64,000 nt of DNA from Candidatus Saccharimonadales bacterium (GTDB lineage Bacteria; Patescibacteriota; Saccharimonadia; Saccharimonadales; JACDBH01): positions 8,986 through 72,985 of the forward strand of contig JBGSWE010000007.1 of assembly GCA_041752595.1 (NCBI GenBank). The letters are read 5' to 3'. Positions 15,976-23,953 of the stretch are shown here, piece by piece. The notes beneath the pieces are model-generated. The model was given only the letters and a program-made list of their open reading frames with translations. It was not told where the DNA came from and ran no database searches. Both the position numbers and the translations under genes were made by a program. Within the stretch, counting starts at the first letter, position 1. The number at the start of each line of letters is the position of its first letter.

Positions 15976-17496
15976 ATGAGTAATACATCTGAAAAAATTG
16001 GTCGCTTAATTTACCAAATACGTCAAGAAAAAGGCTTAACTCAGGCTGAGTTTGCTCGAAAACTAAATACTTCCCAATCTGCTGTAAATCGTATAGAAAA
16101 AGGCAAACAAAACCTAAGTATGGATATGCTTGGGAGAATTAGTGATGTTTTGAACAAGCAAATTGTTAGCTTAGGAAGTGGAGCAGTCAATTTGAGAATT
16201 GAGGGTGGCCACGAACTGCATGGAGAGATAACGCTAAAAAGAAGTAAAAATGCTGCTGTTGCACTACTGTGTGCAAGTTTATTAAACAAAGGCACAACAA
16301 GGTACAAATCTTTTCCTCGCATTGAAGAAGTAAACAGAATTATTGAAGTTCTTGAGAGTATTGGCGTTAAAGTTAGATGGCTAAAAGACAATGATCTTGA
16401 AATAAAACCACCAAAAACCCTAGATATTGAATCAATTGATAGAAGTGCCGCCCGCAAAACCCGTAGCGTACTAATGTTACTTGGGCCGTTAATGCATAGC
16501 TATAAGAATTTCAAAATTCCTTATGCTGGCGGATGCAAACTAGGTACCCGTACTGTTGCTCCTCATTTGTTTGCGCTAGAGCAGTTTGGTGTAGATGTAG
16601 TCGCAAAGACTGGTAATTATCTAGTAACAATAAAGAAAAAATCTGCTGGACGAATTGTTTTATATGAATCTGGTAATACTGTTACTAATAATGCGCTGAT
16701 GGCTGCGGCATCAACTGCCGGAACAACCATTATTCAAGGCGCAAGTGCTGATTATATGGTGCAGGATTTGTGCACATATTTAAAGAAGCTTGGTGTAAAA
16801 ATTGATGGAGTTGGCTCTCCCGTTCTAACTGTTACTGGAGTAGTAAATATAAAAAAGAATATAACATTCGCACCAACAGAGGATCCAATAGAAGCTATGT
16901 TTTTTATTGCAGCTGCAGTTGCTACCAACTCCAAACTAAAGGTTAGTAGAGTGCCAATACATTGGATTGGGCTTGAGCTATTTAAACTTAAAAAAATGGG
17001 ATTATTATACAAAGTTAGTCAGCCATACGCCTGTGATAATGGCGTTACAGAACTAGCAGATATAACAATCGAAAAACACAATCACAGCTTAAAAGCCCCA
17101 GCCGATAAACTTCACCCGAATCTATGGCCTGGAATAAATCCTGATAATATTCCTTATTTTGTTCCGATTTGCGGTGTTGCCAATGGTAGAACTCTTATAC
17201 ATGACTGGATGTTTGAAAACCGTGCTATCTACTATACTGAGATGACAAAAATTGGCATGAATGTGGAGCTTGCTGATCCACACAGAATTTATATAAATGG
17301 ACCTACTACTTTCACTCACGGGGACGTTGTCTGCCCGCCAGCATTAAGACCAGCCAGTTTATTACTTATTGGAATGCTTGCAGCAAAAGGCAACTCTACA
17401 CTACGTAACATATACACAATCAATCGTGGCTATGAAGAGCTTGCGATACGTCTAAATTCTATTGGTGCAAGTATCGAAGTTATTAATGATATATAA
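15976..17496 (+). CDS. murA: XRE-HTH domain fused to UDP-N-acetylglucosamine 1-carboxyvinyltransferase
   Basis: About 65 aa Cro/C1-type HTH (GLTQAEFARKLNTSQSAVNRIEKGKQN), then full MurA (GEITLKRSKNAAVALL; active-site Cys in YAGGCKLGTRTV). Confidence 0.85.
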   Translation: MSNTSEKIGRLIYQIRQEKGLTQAEFARKLNTSQSAVNRIEKGKQNLSMDMLGRISDVLNKQIVSLGSGAVNLRIEGGHELHGEITLKRSKNAAVALLCASLLNKGTTRYKSFPRIEEVNRIIEVLESIGVKVRWLKDNDLEIKPPKTLDIESIDRSAARKTRSVLMLLGPLMHSYKNFKIPYAGGCKLGTRTVAPHLFALEQFGVDVVAKTGNYLVTIKKKSAGRIVLYESGNTVTNNALMAAASTAGTTIIQGASADYMVQDLCTYLKKLGVKIDGVGSPVLTVTGVVNIKKNITFAPTEDPIEAMFFIAAAVATNSKLKVSRVPIHWIGLELFKLKKMGLLYKVSQPYACDNGVTELADITIEKHNHSLKAPADKLHPNLWPGINPDNIPYFVPICGVANGRTLIHDWMFENRAIYYTEMTKIGMNVELADPHRIYINGPTTFTHGDVVCPPALRPASLLLIGMLAAKGNSTLRNIYTINRGYEELAIRLNSIGASIEVINDI

Positions 17497-18307
17497 AGAA
17501 ACTTCAGAATTATCGCCAGAATTTATAAATGAAATGGTTGAAGTGCTGAAGAAAGCATTTCTAGATTCTCGGGCAATAATTATGGGCAGTGCTGGAAATG
17601 TTAACTTTACAAGAAAACAAGATGGCTCACCCGTTACTGTCATAGATCAAGAGGTTGAAGATTTTGTAACTAAAAAGTTCTCAAGTTCATTCCCAGATGT
17701 GCCGATATTTGGTGAGGAATCAGGATATGAAGATAAGCTACCCCAGCTTTGTTGGTTAATTGATCCATTAGATGGAACAAAAAGTTTTATAAAAGGTGTT
17801 CCAGCCTTTACATGTATGGCTGTACTAATTAGTAACGAACAGTCTGTTGCAAGTGTCATTTACAATCCCACTAACCAGGAGATGTTCACCGCTGTTCTGG
17901 GCGGTGGAGCCTATAAAAACGGTGAGAAATTAGATTTAAAAGAGATGCCTCTTCCGAAAATAGTATACTGCAAGAGCCAGCATATAGAAGTGCTTAAGCC
18001 ACTACTTGCAAAAAAAGGAATAGTCGCAGTAGTTGGCCCAAGTGGAGCAGGCTATGGATTCTCTGAAGTTGCAAACAACAAAACAGCGGCACGATTTCAC
18101 CTGCACTCAGGTGGGCATATACACGACCATGCGCCCGGTGCGCTTCTTATTAAAGAGGCGGGCGGGCAAATAATCTCTATTTTAGATCAGGATTATACAT
18201 ATCGAACGCGCAGTTTTGTGGCTTGTCATCCAGAACTTACAGAGATTGTCAGATCAAATATAGAAATACTGCGTAATTTAGAAGACCCAGATCAGAAACT
18301 AAACTAA
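17486..18307 (+). CDS. inositol monophosphatase-family phosphatase
   Basis: WLIDPLDGTKSF metal-binding motif. The ATG at 17486 overlaps the murA end by 11 nt (track start 17462 is TTG). Confidence 0.8.
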   Translation: MIYKETSELSPEFINEMVEVLKKAFLDSRAIIMGSAGNVNFTRKQDGSPVTVIDQEVEDFVTKKFSSSFPDVPIFGEESGYEDKLPQLCWLIDPLDGTKSFIKGVPAFTCMAVLISNEQSVASVIYNPTNQEMFTAVLGGGAYKNGEKLDLKEMPLPKIVYCKSQHIEVLKPLLAKKGIVAVVGPSGAGYGFSEVANNKTAARFHLHSGGHIHDHAPGALLIKEAGGQIISILDQDYTYRTRSFVACHPELTEIVRSNIEILRNLEDPDQKLN

Positions 18308-18880
18308 CTTTTCAAGTGCAGCCAATATTAGAGATACCGAATCACTTACTTCTCCGCCTCCTTTCACTGTAACAGTATTGTATCCATAAGTTGAAACAGT
18401 TTTGTAATCGCTAACGAAACGATTAAATGTAGCACTTGAAGGACCATGTCCTCCGGCTCGTTTTCTGTTTTGAACTCGTTCATTTGCAATATTTTCATCT
18501 ATTATCACTTCTACAACTAATATTTTTAGTATCGTATTGTTTAAGTCTGCTTGAATCTGGAAGTTGGCGACCATTTTGTTAAAAATCTCAATATTAGTAA
18601 AAGGTTGGTTCCAGACAATAATTTTGTGATCGGCTATACCCTTGTAAGCTTTGGCTCGTAAAAACCTGTAGGCATGCAGAGCCTCATCAACACCTTCTTT
18701 GCTAAGTGCGTTTGTGTGCTCAAGATAATCGTTACTACCAAAATCTATCGTGTCTGGATCCAACATTATCACCTTTTGAAAACCTAGCACCTTTTGAAGT
18801 TCTTGTGCGACAAATGACTTACCACTTCCAGGCAGACCCCTAATTAGTATCATTGTAGGATAAGAATTTGTTTCGTCCAT
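18299..18880 (-). CDS. P-loop kinase-like ATP-binding protein (AAA_33-like)
   Basis: Walker A GLPGSGKS. 193 aa. No further specificity visible. Confidence 0.6.
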   Translation of the reverse strand: MDETNSYPTMILIRGLPGSGKSFVAQELQKVLGFQKVIMLDPDTIDFGSNDYLEHTNALSKEGVDEALHAYRFLRAKAYKGIADHKIIVWNQPFTNIEIFNKMVANFQIQADLNNTILKILVVEVIIDENIANERVQNRKRAGGHGPSSATFNRFVSDYKTVSTYGYNTVTVKGGGEVSDSVSLILAALEKLV

Positions 18881-18980
18881 TGCTTTACATCTTTTTGTTT
18901 AAGGGAGTTTTCATAGGTGATAGTATAGCTTTATGCTAACATTAGACCAAGTTAAATTAAATAAAACAAAAGTATAGGCA

Positions 18981-20000
18981 ATGATAGAATCTGGAATATT
19001 CAACGAAAACCTAACACACATGTTGTTACTTGGTGCATTAGGTTTCTGTTTAGCTATGGCGCTTACGCCTATTTATACCTACTTTGCATATAAGCACAAA
19101 CTTTGGAAGCGATCCCGGACTCATTCAACAACAGGCGAAGAATTAAAAGTAATAAGTAAGTACCGTATTATACGCACTGTACCACTTATGGCGGGACTTA
19201 TTATAATAGTCGCAACAACTGCAATTACTCTTATTTTTAACCTTGAAAGAGGTCAAACTTGGCTGCCACTTGCAGCTTTACTAGGCGGTGGAATAGTAGG
19301 ATTATTAGATGACATTATTAATATCATGGGTAAGGGTGGTAATGTTGCCGGACTCAGGGCTCCTATAAAGTTTACTATGATTACTGTAGTTGCGGCTATC
19401 GCTTCCTGGTTTTTTTATTACAAACTTGGGTACTCAACTATACATGTGCCTTTTGCCGGAGATATTACGCTAGGAATATTTATAATACCGCTGTTTATAC
19501 TGGCGGTTGTTAGTACCGGAAATGCTGTAAACATCAGTGACGGAATGGATGGATTAGCTGGTGGACTACTTATCAGCGCATATGGTTCTTTCGCTGTAAT
19601 TGCCTTACTTCAAGGAAACTTCGGTATTGCAGCTTTTTGTTTGACTATTGTAGGTACGTTACTGGCTTATGTCTGGTTCAACATTCCTCCAGCCAGATTC
19701 TTTATGGGTGATGTAGGTTCTTTTTCACTTGGTACAGCGCTAGGAGTGGTTGCTATGCTTACAGATACCCTTTTCCTACTGCCTATTATTGGATTATTAT
19801 TTGTGCTCGAGGCAGGATCAAGTCTAGTGCAGATATTATCTAAAAAAATATTCCGTCAACGTGTTTTTATAGCCGCACCCTTCCACCACCACCTTGAAGC
19901 AAGTGGCTGGCCTAAGACAAAAGTTACTATGAGATTTTGGGTTATAGGACAGCTATGCGCAATTGCAGGAGTTATACTCGCCCTTACTGGTGGGTACTAG
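18981..20000 (+). CDS. mraY: phospho-N-acetylmuramoyl-pentapeptide transferase
   Basis: NAVNISDGMDGLAGG and FFMGDVGS motifs. 10-TM type layout. Confidence 0.9.
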   Translation: MIESGIFNENLTHMLLLGALGFCLAMALTPIYTYFAYKHKLWKRSRTHSTTGEELKVISKYRIIRTVPLMAGLIIIVATTAITLIFNLERGQTWLPLAALLGGGIVGLLDDIINIMGKGGNVAGLRAPIKFTMITVVAAIASWFFYYKLGYSTIHVPFAGDITLGIFIIPLFILAVVSTGNAVNISDGMDGLAGGLLISAYGSFAVIALLQGNFGIAAFCLTIVGTLLAYVWFNIPPARFFMGDVGSFSLGTALGVVAMLTDTLFLLPIIGLLFVLEAGSSLVQILSKKIFRQRVFIAAPFHHHLEASGWPKTKVTMRFWVIGQLCAIAGVILALTGGY

Positions 20001-20113
20001 GTCCTAAGAGTATCAACAAAGTTACTATCAATCTGTTGATTGGTCCAGATGATATAGCCTACTGCAATAATTATCAAAATAACTAGCGCTATTGTTCGGT
20101 ACCATTCTTTCAT
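19997..20113 (-). CDS. 38-aa single-TM peptide translationally coupled to the sortase (below ORF-track cutoff)
   Basis: ATGA start/stop overlap with the sortase stop at 20110-20113. MKEWYRTIALVILIIIAVGYIIWTNQQIDSNFVDTLRT. Confidence 0.35.
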   Translation of the reverse strand: MKEWYRTIALVILIIIAVGYIIWTNQQIDSNFVDTLRT

Positions 20114-20700
20114 AATAATTTTGCCCTCACTACTAATCTTTCTTTTGCGGTCCAGAGCGGAGTACATGTGTAAATTGTAAGTATATTATTTTCGGTTGGA
20201 TCTTCTATATACACACTTTCAGGACTTACGGTTAATATCTCGGTTACCTGGTAGTCAAACTTATCAATTTCCCAGTGCACACTAATCATGTCGCCAACAT
20301 TAAGCTTATCTAGGTGATAAAACACTCCTTTTTGGCTATATGTAAATCTATGACCAACCAGTACTGTATTGCTGCCAATATCTGGTGTGCTAGTTTGCGA
20401 GCGTCTTAGTACACCCTTGCTCAGCTGTTCAGATCCACCTTCGTAGATGACTTCTGAAAGTCCTAGTTTTGGTATGAATAACCGATTGCTACCAATTTGG
20501 CCGTCGGCGGCAAGCAAAACATCATCACTCTTACTAAAAACTTCTTTTAAGGGGGTTTCCTCTACTACAACCCACTTTGCCTGAGGTATTAATGGTGCAA
20601 AAATTATGTAAAACCCAAGTATAACAACTACCAAAGTAAGCAGATTATTTATGTATTTATGTTCTTTGAGTTTTTTTATGTGTTTTTTTACACGTTTCAT
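20110..20700 (-). CDS. sortase (class E-like)
   Basis: N-terminal TM, catalytic His (VLVGHR), Cys (ILTIYTCTP), Arg (RLVVRAK). Confidence 0.8.
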   Translation of the reverse strand: MKRVKKHIKKLKEHKYINNLLTLVVVILGFYIIFAPLIPQAKWVVVEETPLKEVFSKSDDVLLAADGQIGSNRLFIPKLGLSEVIYEGGSEQLSKGVLRRSQTSTPDIGSNTVLVGHRFTYSQKGVFYHLDKLNVGDMISVHWEIDKFDYQVTEILTVSPESVYIEDPTENNILTIYTCTPLWTAKERLVVRAKLL

Positions 20701-20846
20701 TCTATCAATCTTAACATAAGCATTTACTCCTAAGATATAAAAAATAGAATACTTGTATTTATAAAAAATAAGGGGATAATAGCTAATTATCGAAGGATGG
20801 GCTTCAATACTGCAATTTTATATGTTTTAAGTATAGGAGGGTCAAT

Positions 20847-21965
20847 ATGAACGCAAACTTTTCACAAACTCTAAAAAAAGGCTCTGCTTTATTTGCCGGG
20901 CTTGTGCTAGCAATGCAACTTGCTTTGCCAACAGTTGTTTTTGCCCAAACTACAGACATCGTAGAGGGCACAATTGAACTAGAAGTTACTGCCGAACAAC
21001 TCTTAAAAGAAAAAGGAACTGAAGAAGAAAAGCTTACAGTTCCTGATGTTATCTGTGAAGATACACCTGAAACTTATGAGGAAAAGGTGTTCTTAGATGG
21101 TTTGCTAGGCAAAGAAAACGAAGTCTCTGCTATCTGTGAAACCACTGAAGAAAACGAAGAAATTCCTGTTGCTGAAGAAGTTGAAGCTCAAGCCAAAGAC
21201 GAGCCTCAAGAAGAAAACTTGGATGCTACCATGTTTGAAGACGAGCCAAAAACTGAAGACTTGCCACAGTTACTTTCATATAACACTGCCATAAACGAGG
21301 AAGATGACTGTCCCGTCTACGAATCGGTACCATTACGCTCGTTTAATCAATATAACTGCGAAGAACCAGTTGCATGTACTACATATAATGAAGTTTCACG
21401 CCTTAGCAACTCTTTCTTACGTGTTGCAATTGCTGTACCGGAAGTTGACTATTGTAGCGGTACAATTGAAGGCATTAAATTCAACGATGTGAACGGTAAC
21501 GCTGTGCATGACATAGTAACCGAGGAGAAGCTCAGTGGTTGGACTATCAGTATCTGTGAAATCTACAACTCAGAAGAAGACTACTTTAGCCTATCAGATT
21601 GTGATGGTGAGATTTTCTCAACGAACACCGACAGCAATGGAAACTACACTTTTAACGATGTGCTTCTTGGTGAATACTTGGTATGCGAAACACAGCAACC
21701 CGGCTGGACTCGCACCTATCCGGCCACCAATGACTGTCAAAAAGTATTTATAGAAAGCGATGGACAGGTATGTCTAGCAGTATTTGGTAATAAAGCCAAT
21801 ACACCAGGCCAAGTTCTAGGAACAAGTACTCCTCCAGTCGTCGTACCTAAAGTACTTGCCAATACTGGTACACCTCTTACGCAAGGGCTGCTAGTAGGTA
21901 TGAGTATACTTGGAGCAGCGAGTGGCGTTACTTACTTGAACCGACGTAAACAATACTTGGCGTAA
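20847..21965 (+). CDS. LANTG-anchored surface protein with acidic region and SdrD-B/Cna-B-like domain
   Basis: Signal peptide and an E/D-rich segment. Also the block GTIEGIKFNDVNGN...TDSNGNYTFNDVLLGEYLVCE. C-terminal sorting signal is LANTG, then a TM helix, then RRKQYLA. Strong SD GGAGGG. Confidence 0.8.
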   Translation: MNANFSQTLKKGSALFAGLVLAMQLALPTVVFAQTTDIVEGTIELEVTAEQLLKEKGTEEEKLTVPDVICEDTPETYEEKVFLDGLLGKENEVSAICETTEENEEIPVAEEVEAQAKDEPQEENLDATMFEDEPKTEDLPQLLSYNTAINEEDDCPVYESVPLRSFNQYNCEEPVACTTYNEVSRLSNSFLRVAIAVPEVDYCSGTIEGIKFNDVNGNAVHDIVTEEKLSGWTISICEIYNSEEDYFSLSDCDGEIFSTNTDSNGNYTFNDVLLGEYLVCETQQPGWTRTYPATNDCQKVFIESDGQVCLAVFGNKANTPGQVLGTSTPPVVVPKVLANTGTPLTQGLLVGMSILGAASGVTYLNRRKQYLA

Positions 21966-21978
21966 ATCCAAACAGTCT

Positions 21979-22014
21979 AAAAAAACGAACCTTGCTTTGA
22001 AGGTTCGTTTTTTA
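21979..22014 (+). terminator. rho-independent terminator
   Basis: ACGAACCTT (21985-21993) pairs with AAGGTTCGT (22000-22008), then T6. Confidence 0.8.
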
Positions 22015-22028
22015 TGTGATCTTATGCT

Positions 22029-22103
22029 TGGTGCGGGTGGCGGGAATCTAACCCGCATCGCCTGCTTGGAAGGCAGGAATAATAAACACTATACCACACC
22101 CGC
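22029..22103 (-). tRNA. tRNA-Gly (anticodon TCC) with atypical D and T loops, CCA encoded
   Basis: Acceptor GCGGGTG/CACCCGC, anticodon loop CTTCCAA. T arm GCGGG-TTAGATT-CCCGC (A at position 56). D loop AGTGTTTA lacks GG. Confidence 0.75.
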
Positions 22104-22159
22104 ATGCGCTAACTAATTATACCTGAGACACCACCCCTTTTGTCCACCCTTTTATTCTT

Positions 22160-22384
22160 CTAAACAACTTTACACCGTTTTCTGGGTTTCCGTTTATCAA
22201 TCTGTGTCTTTTTAAAGTTTTTGCTCGGAAGCTTAGTTACTTTAGACCAATGAGCAATACTTGCTTCAATGTCATTGTCCGGGTACAAATTAGTTGATAC
22301 AAAAACACCAATTTCTTCGTTAATCATGTTATAAGAATGTCTTTCATCTCTTAATGTGGTTGCTTGTTGGCGTAATTGATTCAC
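22160..22384 (-). CDS. small basic hypothetical protein
   Basis: 74 aa, Lys/Arg-rich C-terminus, possible short HTH. Sits between two tRNA genes. Confidence 0.35.
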   Translation of the reverse strand: MNQLRQQATTLRDERHSYNMINEEIGVFVSTNLYPDNDIEASIAHWSKVTKLPSKNFKKTQIDKRKPRKRCKVV

Positions 22385-22472
22385 ATCATAAGCCTAACAT
22401 TTAATATAAATGGGTTCCATTTTAAGATGGTATTTAATTTTTAACAGAGGTATAATAATTTAAATGGTACTC

Positions 22473-22549
22473 GCCCCGGTAGCTCAGCGGATTAGAGCAA
22501 TGGGCTTCTATCCCACAGGTCGGGGGTTCGATTCCCTCCCGGGGTACCA
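22473..22549 (+). tRNA. tRNA-Arg (anticodon TCT), CCA encoded
   Basis: Acceptor GCCCCGG/CCGGGGT (G1-U72 wobble), anticodon loop CTTCTAT, T loop TTCGATT. TATAAT box at 22452-22457. Confidence 0.9.
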
Positions 22550-22613
22550 ATAATTTTATTGTTACTTGCTGGCATAAATTAGAAAATTACGTTTCTATAA
22601 CCTCTGTTATATA

Positions 22614-22657
22614 GCGTGCAGAGTTTAGTTGGTTAGAGCGTCGGGTTTCAAAATTGA
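22614..22657 (+). pseudogene. degenerate tRNA 5' half (acceptor strand, D arm, weak anticodon arm); no T arm or 3' acceptor strand
   Basis: GCGTGCAGAGTTTAGTTGGTTAGAGCGTCGGGTTTCAAAATTGA. The D-arm to anticodon-stem segment matches 18 of 21 positions of the tRNA-His gene 650 nt downstream. Loop reads TTTCAAA. Confidence 0.5.
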
Positions 22658-22704
22658 TAAACAGACGCTTGACCCTACAGAATATTATTTATAAAATTTA
22701 TTTA

Positions 22705-23202
22705 ATGCCAATAGTAAATTGTATTCAATGTAATAAACATTTTTTTATTAAGCCGAACAGACTTGAGCGTGGTTGGGGTAAATATTGTTCCAATAATTGT
22801 AAACATCTAGGAAACAAAACAGGCACACATTTAGCTTGCTGCAATTGCGGTGCAGAAATATATCGTAACAAAGCGGAACAAAACAGATCAAAAAGTGGTA
22901 AATTTTTCTGTAATAGATCTTGTCAAACAATTTGGAGAAACTCTAAAGTTTATTTTGGAGCAAAACATGCCAATTGGAAAGATGGCCAAAGTTCTTATAG
23001 ACAGATCCTAAAAAGAACTAAAGCTCCAGAGAAGTGCCTTAGATGTGGGATAAATGATGTACGAATTCTTGCAGTTCATCACAAAGATAAAAATCGTCAA
23101 AATAATATATTAACAAATCTTATTTGGCTGTGTCACAATTGTCATTTTTTAATTCATAACCATAAGTCTGAGACAAAAGATTACATCGTATCTAATGGTT
23201 AA
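22705..23202 (+). CDS. free-standing HNH endonuclease with two N-terminal Zn-ribbon modules
   Basis: Two CxxC...CxxxC modules, then the HNH core VHHKDKNRQNN...WLCHNCHFLIH. ATG at 22705 preferred over the TTG at 22654. Confidence 0.8.
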   Translation: MPIVNCIQCNKHFFIKPNRLERGWGKYCSNNCKHLGNKTGTHLACCNCGAEIYRNKAEQNRSKSGKFFCNRSCQTIWRNSKVYFGAKHANWKDGQSSYRQILKRTKAPEKCLRCGINDVRILAVHHKDKNRQNNILTNLIWLCHNCHFLIHNHKSETKDYIVSNG

Positions 23203-23229
23203 CTTTATAAAGTCAATCTTTTATTTAAC

Positions 23230-23258
23230 TTGTCAAATAGACATTTTACAGATATAAT
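23230..23258 (+). promoter_or_regulatory. promoter of tRNA-His
   Basis: TTGTCA (23230-23235), 17 nt, TATAAT (23253-23258). The tRNA starts 11 nt later. Confidence 0.6.
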
Positions 23259-23269
23259 CTTCGTGTTGT

Positions 23270-23347
23270 GGTGCCTGTAGCTTAGCTGGTTAAAGCGTCA
23301 GGTTGTGGTTCTGAAGATCGAGGGTTCAAATCCCTTCAGGCACCCCA
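23270..23347 (+). tRNA. tRNA-His (anticodon GTG) with encoded G-1, CCA encoded
   Basis: G-1 opposite C73, acceptor GTGCCTG/CAGGCAC, anticodon loop TTGTGGT, T loop TTCAAAT. Confidence 0.9.
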
Positions 23348-23350
23348 TAT

Positions 23351-23381
23351 AAAAAACCCTGTAGTTTTTAGAGGGTTTTTT
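23351..23381. terminator. bidirectional terminator (tRNA-His / VIT gene)
   Basis: A6-CCCTGTA-gtttt-TAGAGGG-T6, with one internal mismatch. Confidence 0.6.
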
Positions 23382-23389
23382 ATATGTAA

Positions 23390-23926
23390 TTACACAATAA
23401 TACGTTCGAGTAAGTTACCGACAACAAACGATATAACTGCAGCGGCAAGTCCTAAGCCAAGCGACTCCATAACTGCACGACTTTTAGAAATTTTTGTAAT
23501 ACGAGCCCTCAACAAGCCAATCAAGCCAAATGCTGAAAGTGTTAGTAATACTGAATAGATCAGTAAATCATTGTTTGGAATATTTAAATCGAATATAAAA
23601 TCTATTGTATAAATAGAGAGTGGAATAAACCCTACAAGTACAAAAGACAAAAATGTTGCAAAAGACGCCTTAATTGGCGATTCATGATCATCGCGAGTCG
23701 AATCTCCCTTGTGTACCGATAGATCTTGTTCGCTTTTTTCGCTCAAGTACGAGCCAACAGCCATCGAAAAACCGTCAGCAAACACATTTGCAAAACCCAG
23801 TATTAAAATTATATTTACACTTAAATTTGCCCCTGCCGCACCAGTTACTACGGCAAAAGTAGTCACAGCGCCGTCCATTCCGCCATACACAAACTCACGT
23901 AAGTTGTTTTCAATTGTTTTAATCAT
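23390..23926 (-). CDS. VIT1/CCC1-family iron/manganese transporter-like membrane protein
   Basis: N-terminal EFVYGGMDGAVTTFAVVTGAAGA block and 5 hydrophobic helices. Confidence 0.7.
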   Translation of the reverse strand: MIKTIENNLREFVYGGMDGAVTTFAVVTGAAGANLSVNIILILGFANVFADGFSMAVGSYLSEKSEQDLSVHKGDSTRDDHESPIKASFATFLSFVLVGFIPLSIYTIDFIFDLNIPNNDLLIYSVLLTLSAFGLIGLLRARITKISKSRAVMESLGLGLAAAVISFVVGNLLERIIV

Positions 23927-23953
23927 GTATCAATTATAACTGTTTATATCCGG

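Noticed and set aside
22645-22651. UCA anticodon-like loop as evidence for UGA recoding (code 4/25)
   Set aside because: The element lacks half a tRNA. TGA terminates real genes (for example the sortase at 20110-20112), and all conserved genes are full length under code 11.
22614-23347. Group I intron-split tRNA carrying the HNH gene
   Set aside because: No T arm or 3' acceptor strand complementary to the fragment follows the HNH ORF. The downstream tRNA-His is complete with its own promoter, and no intron core helices are apparent.
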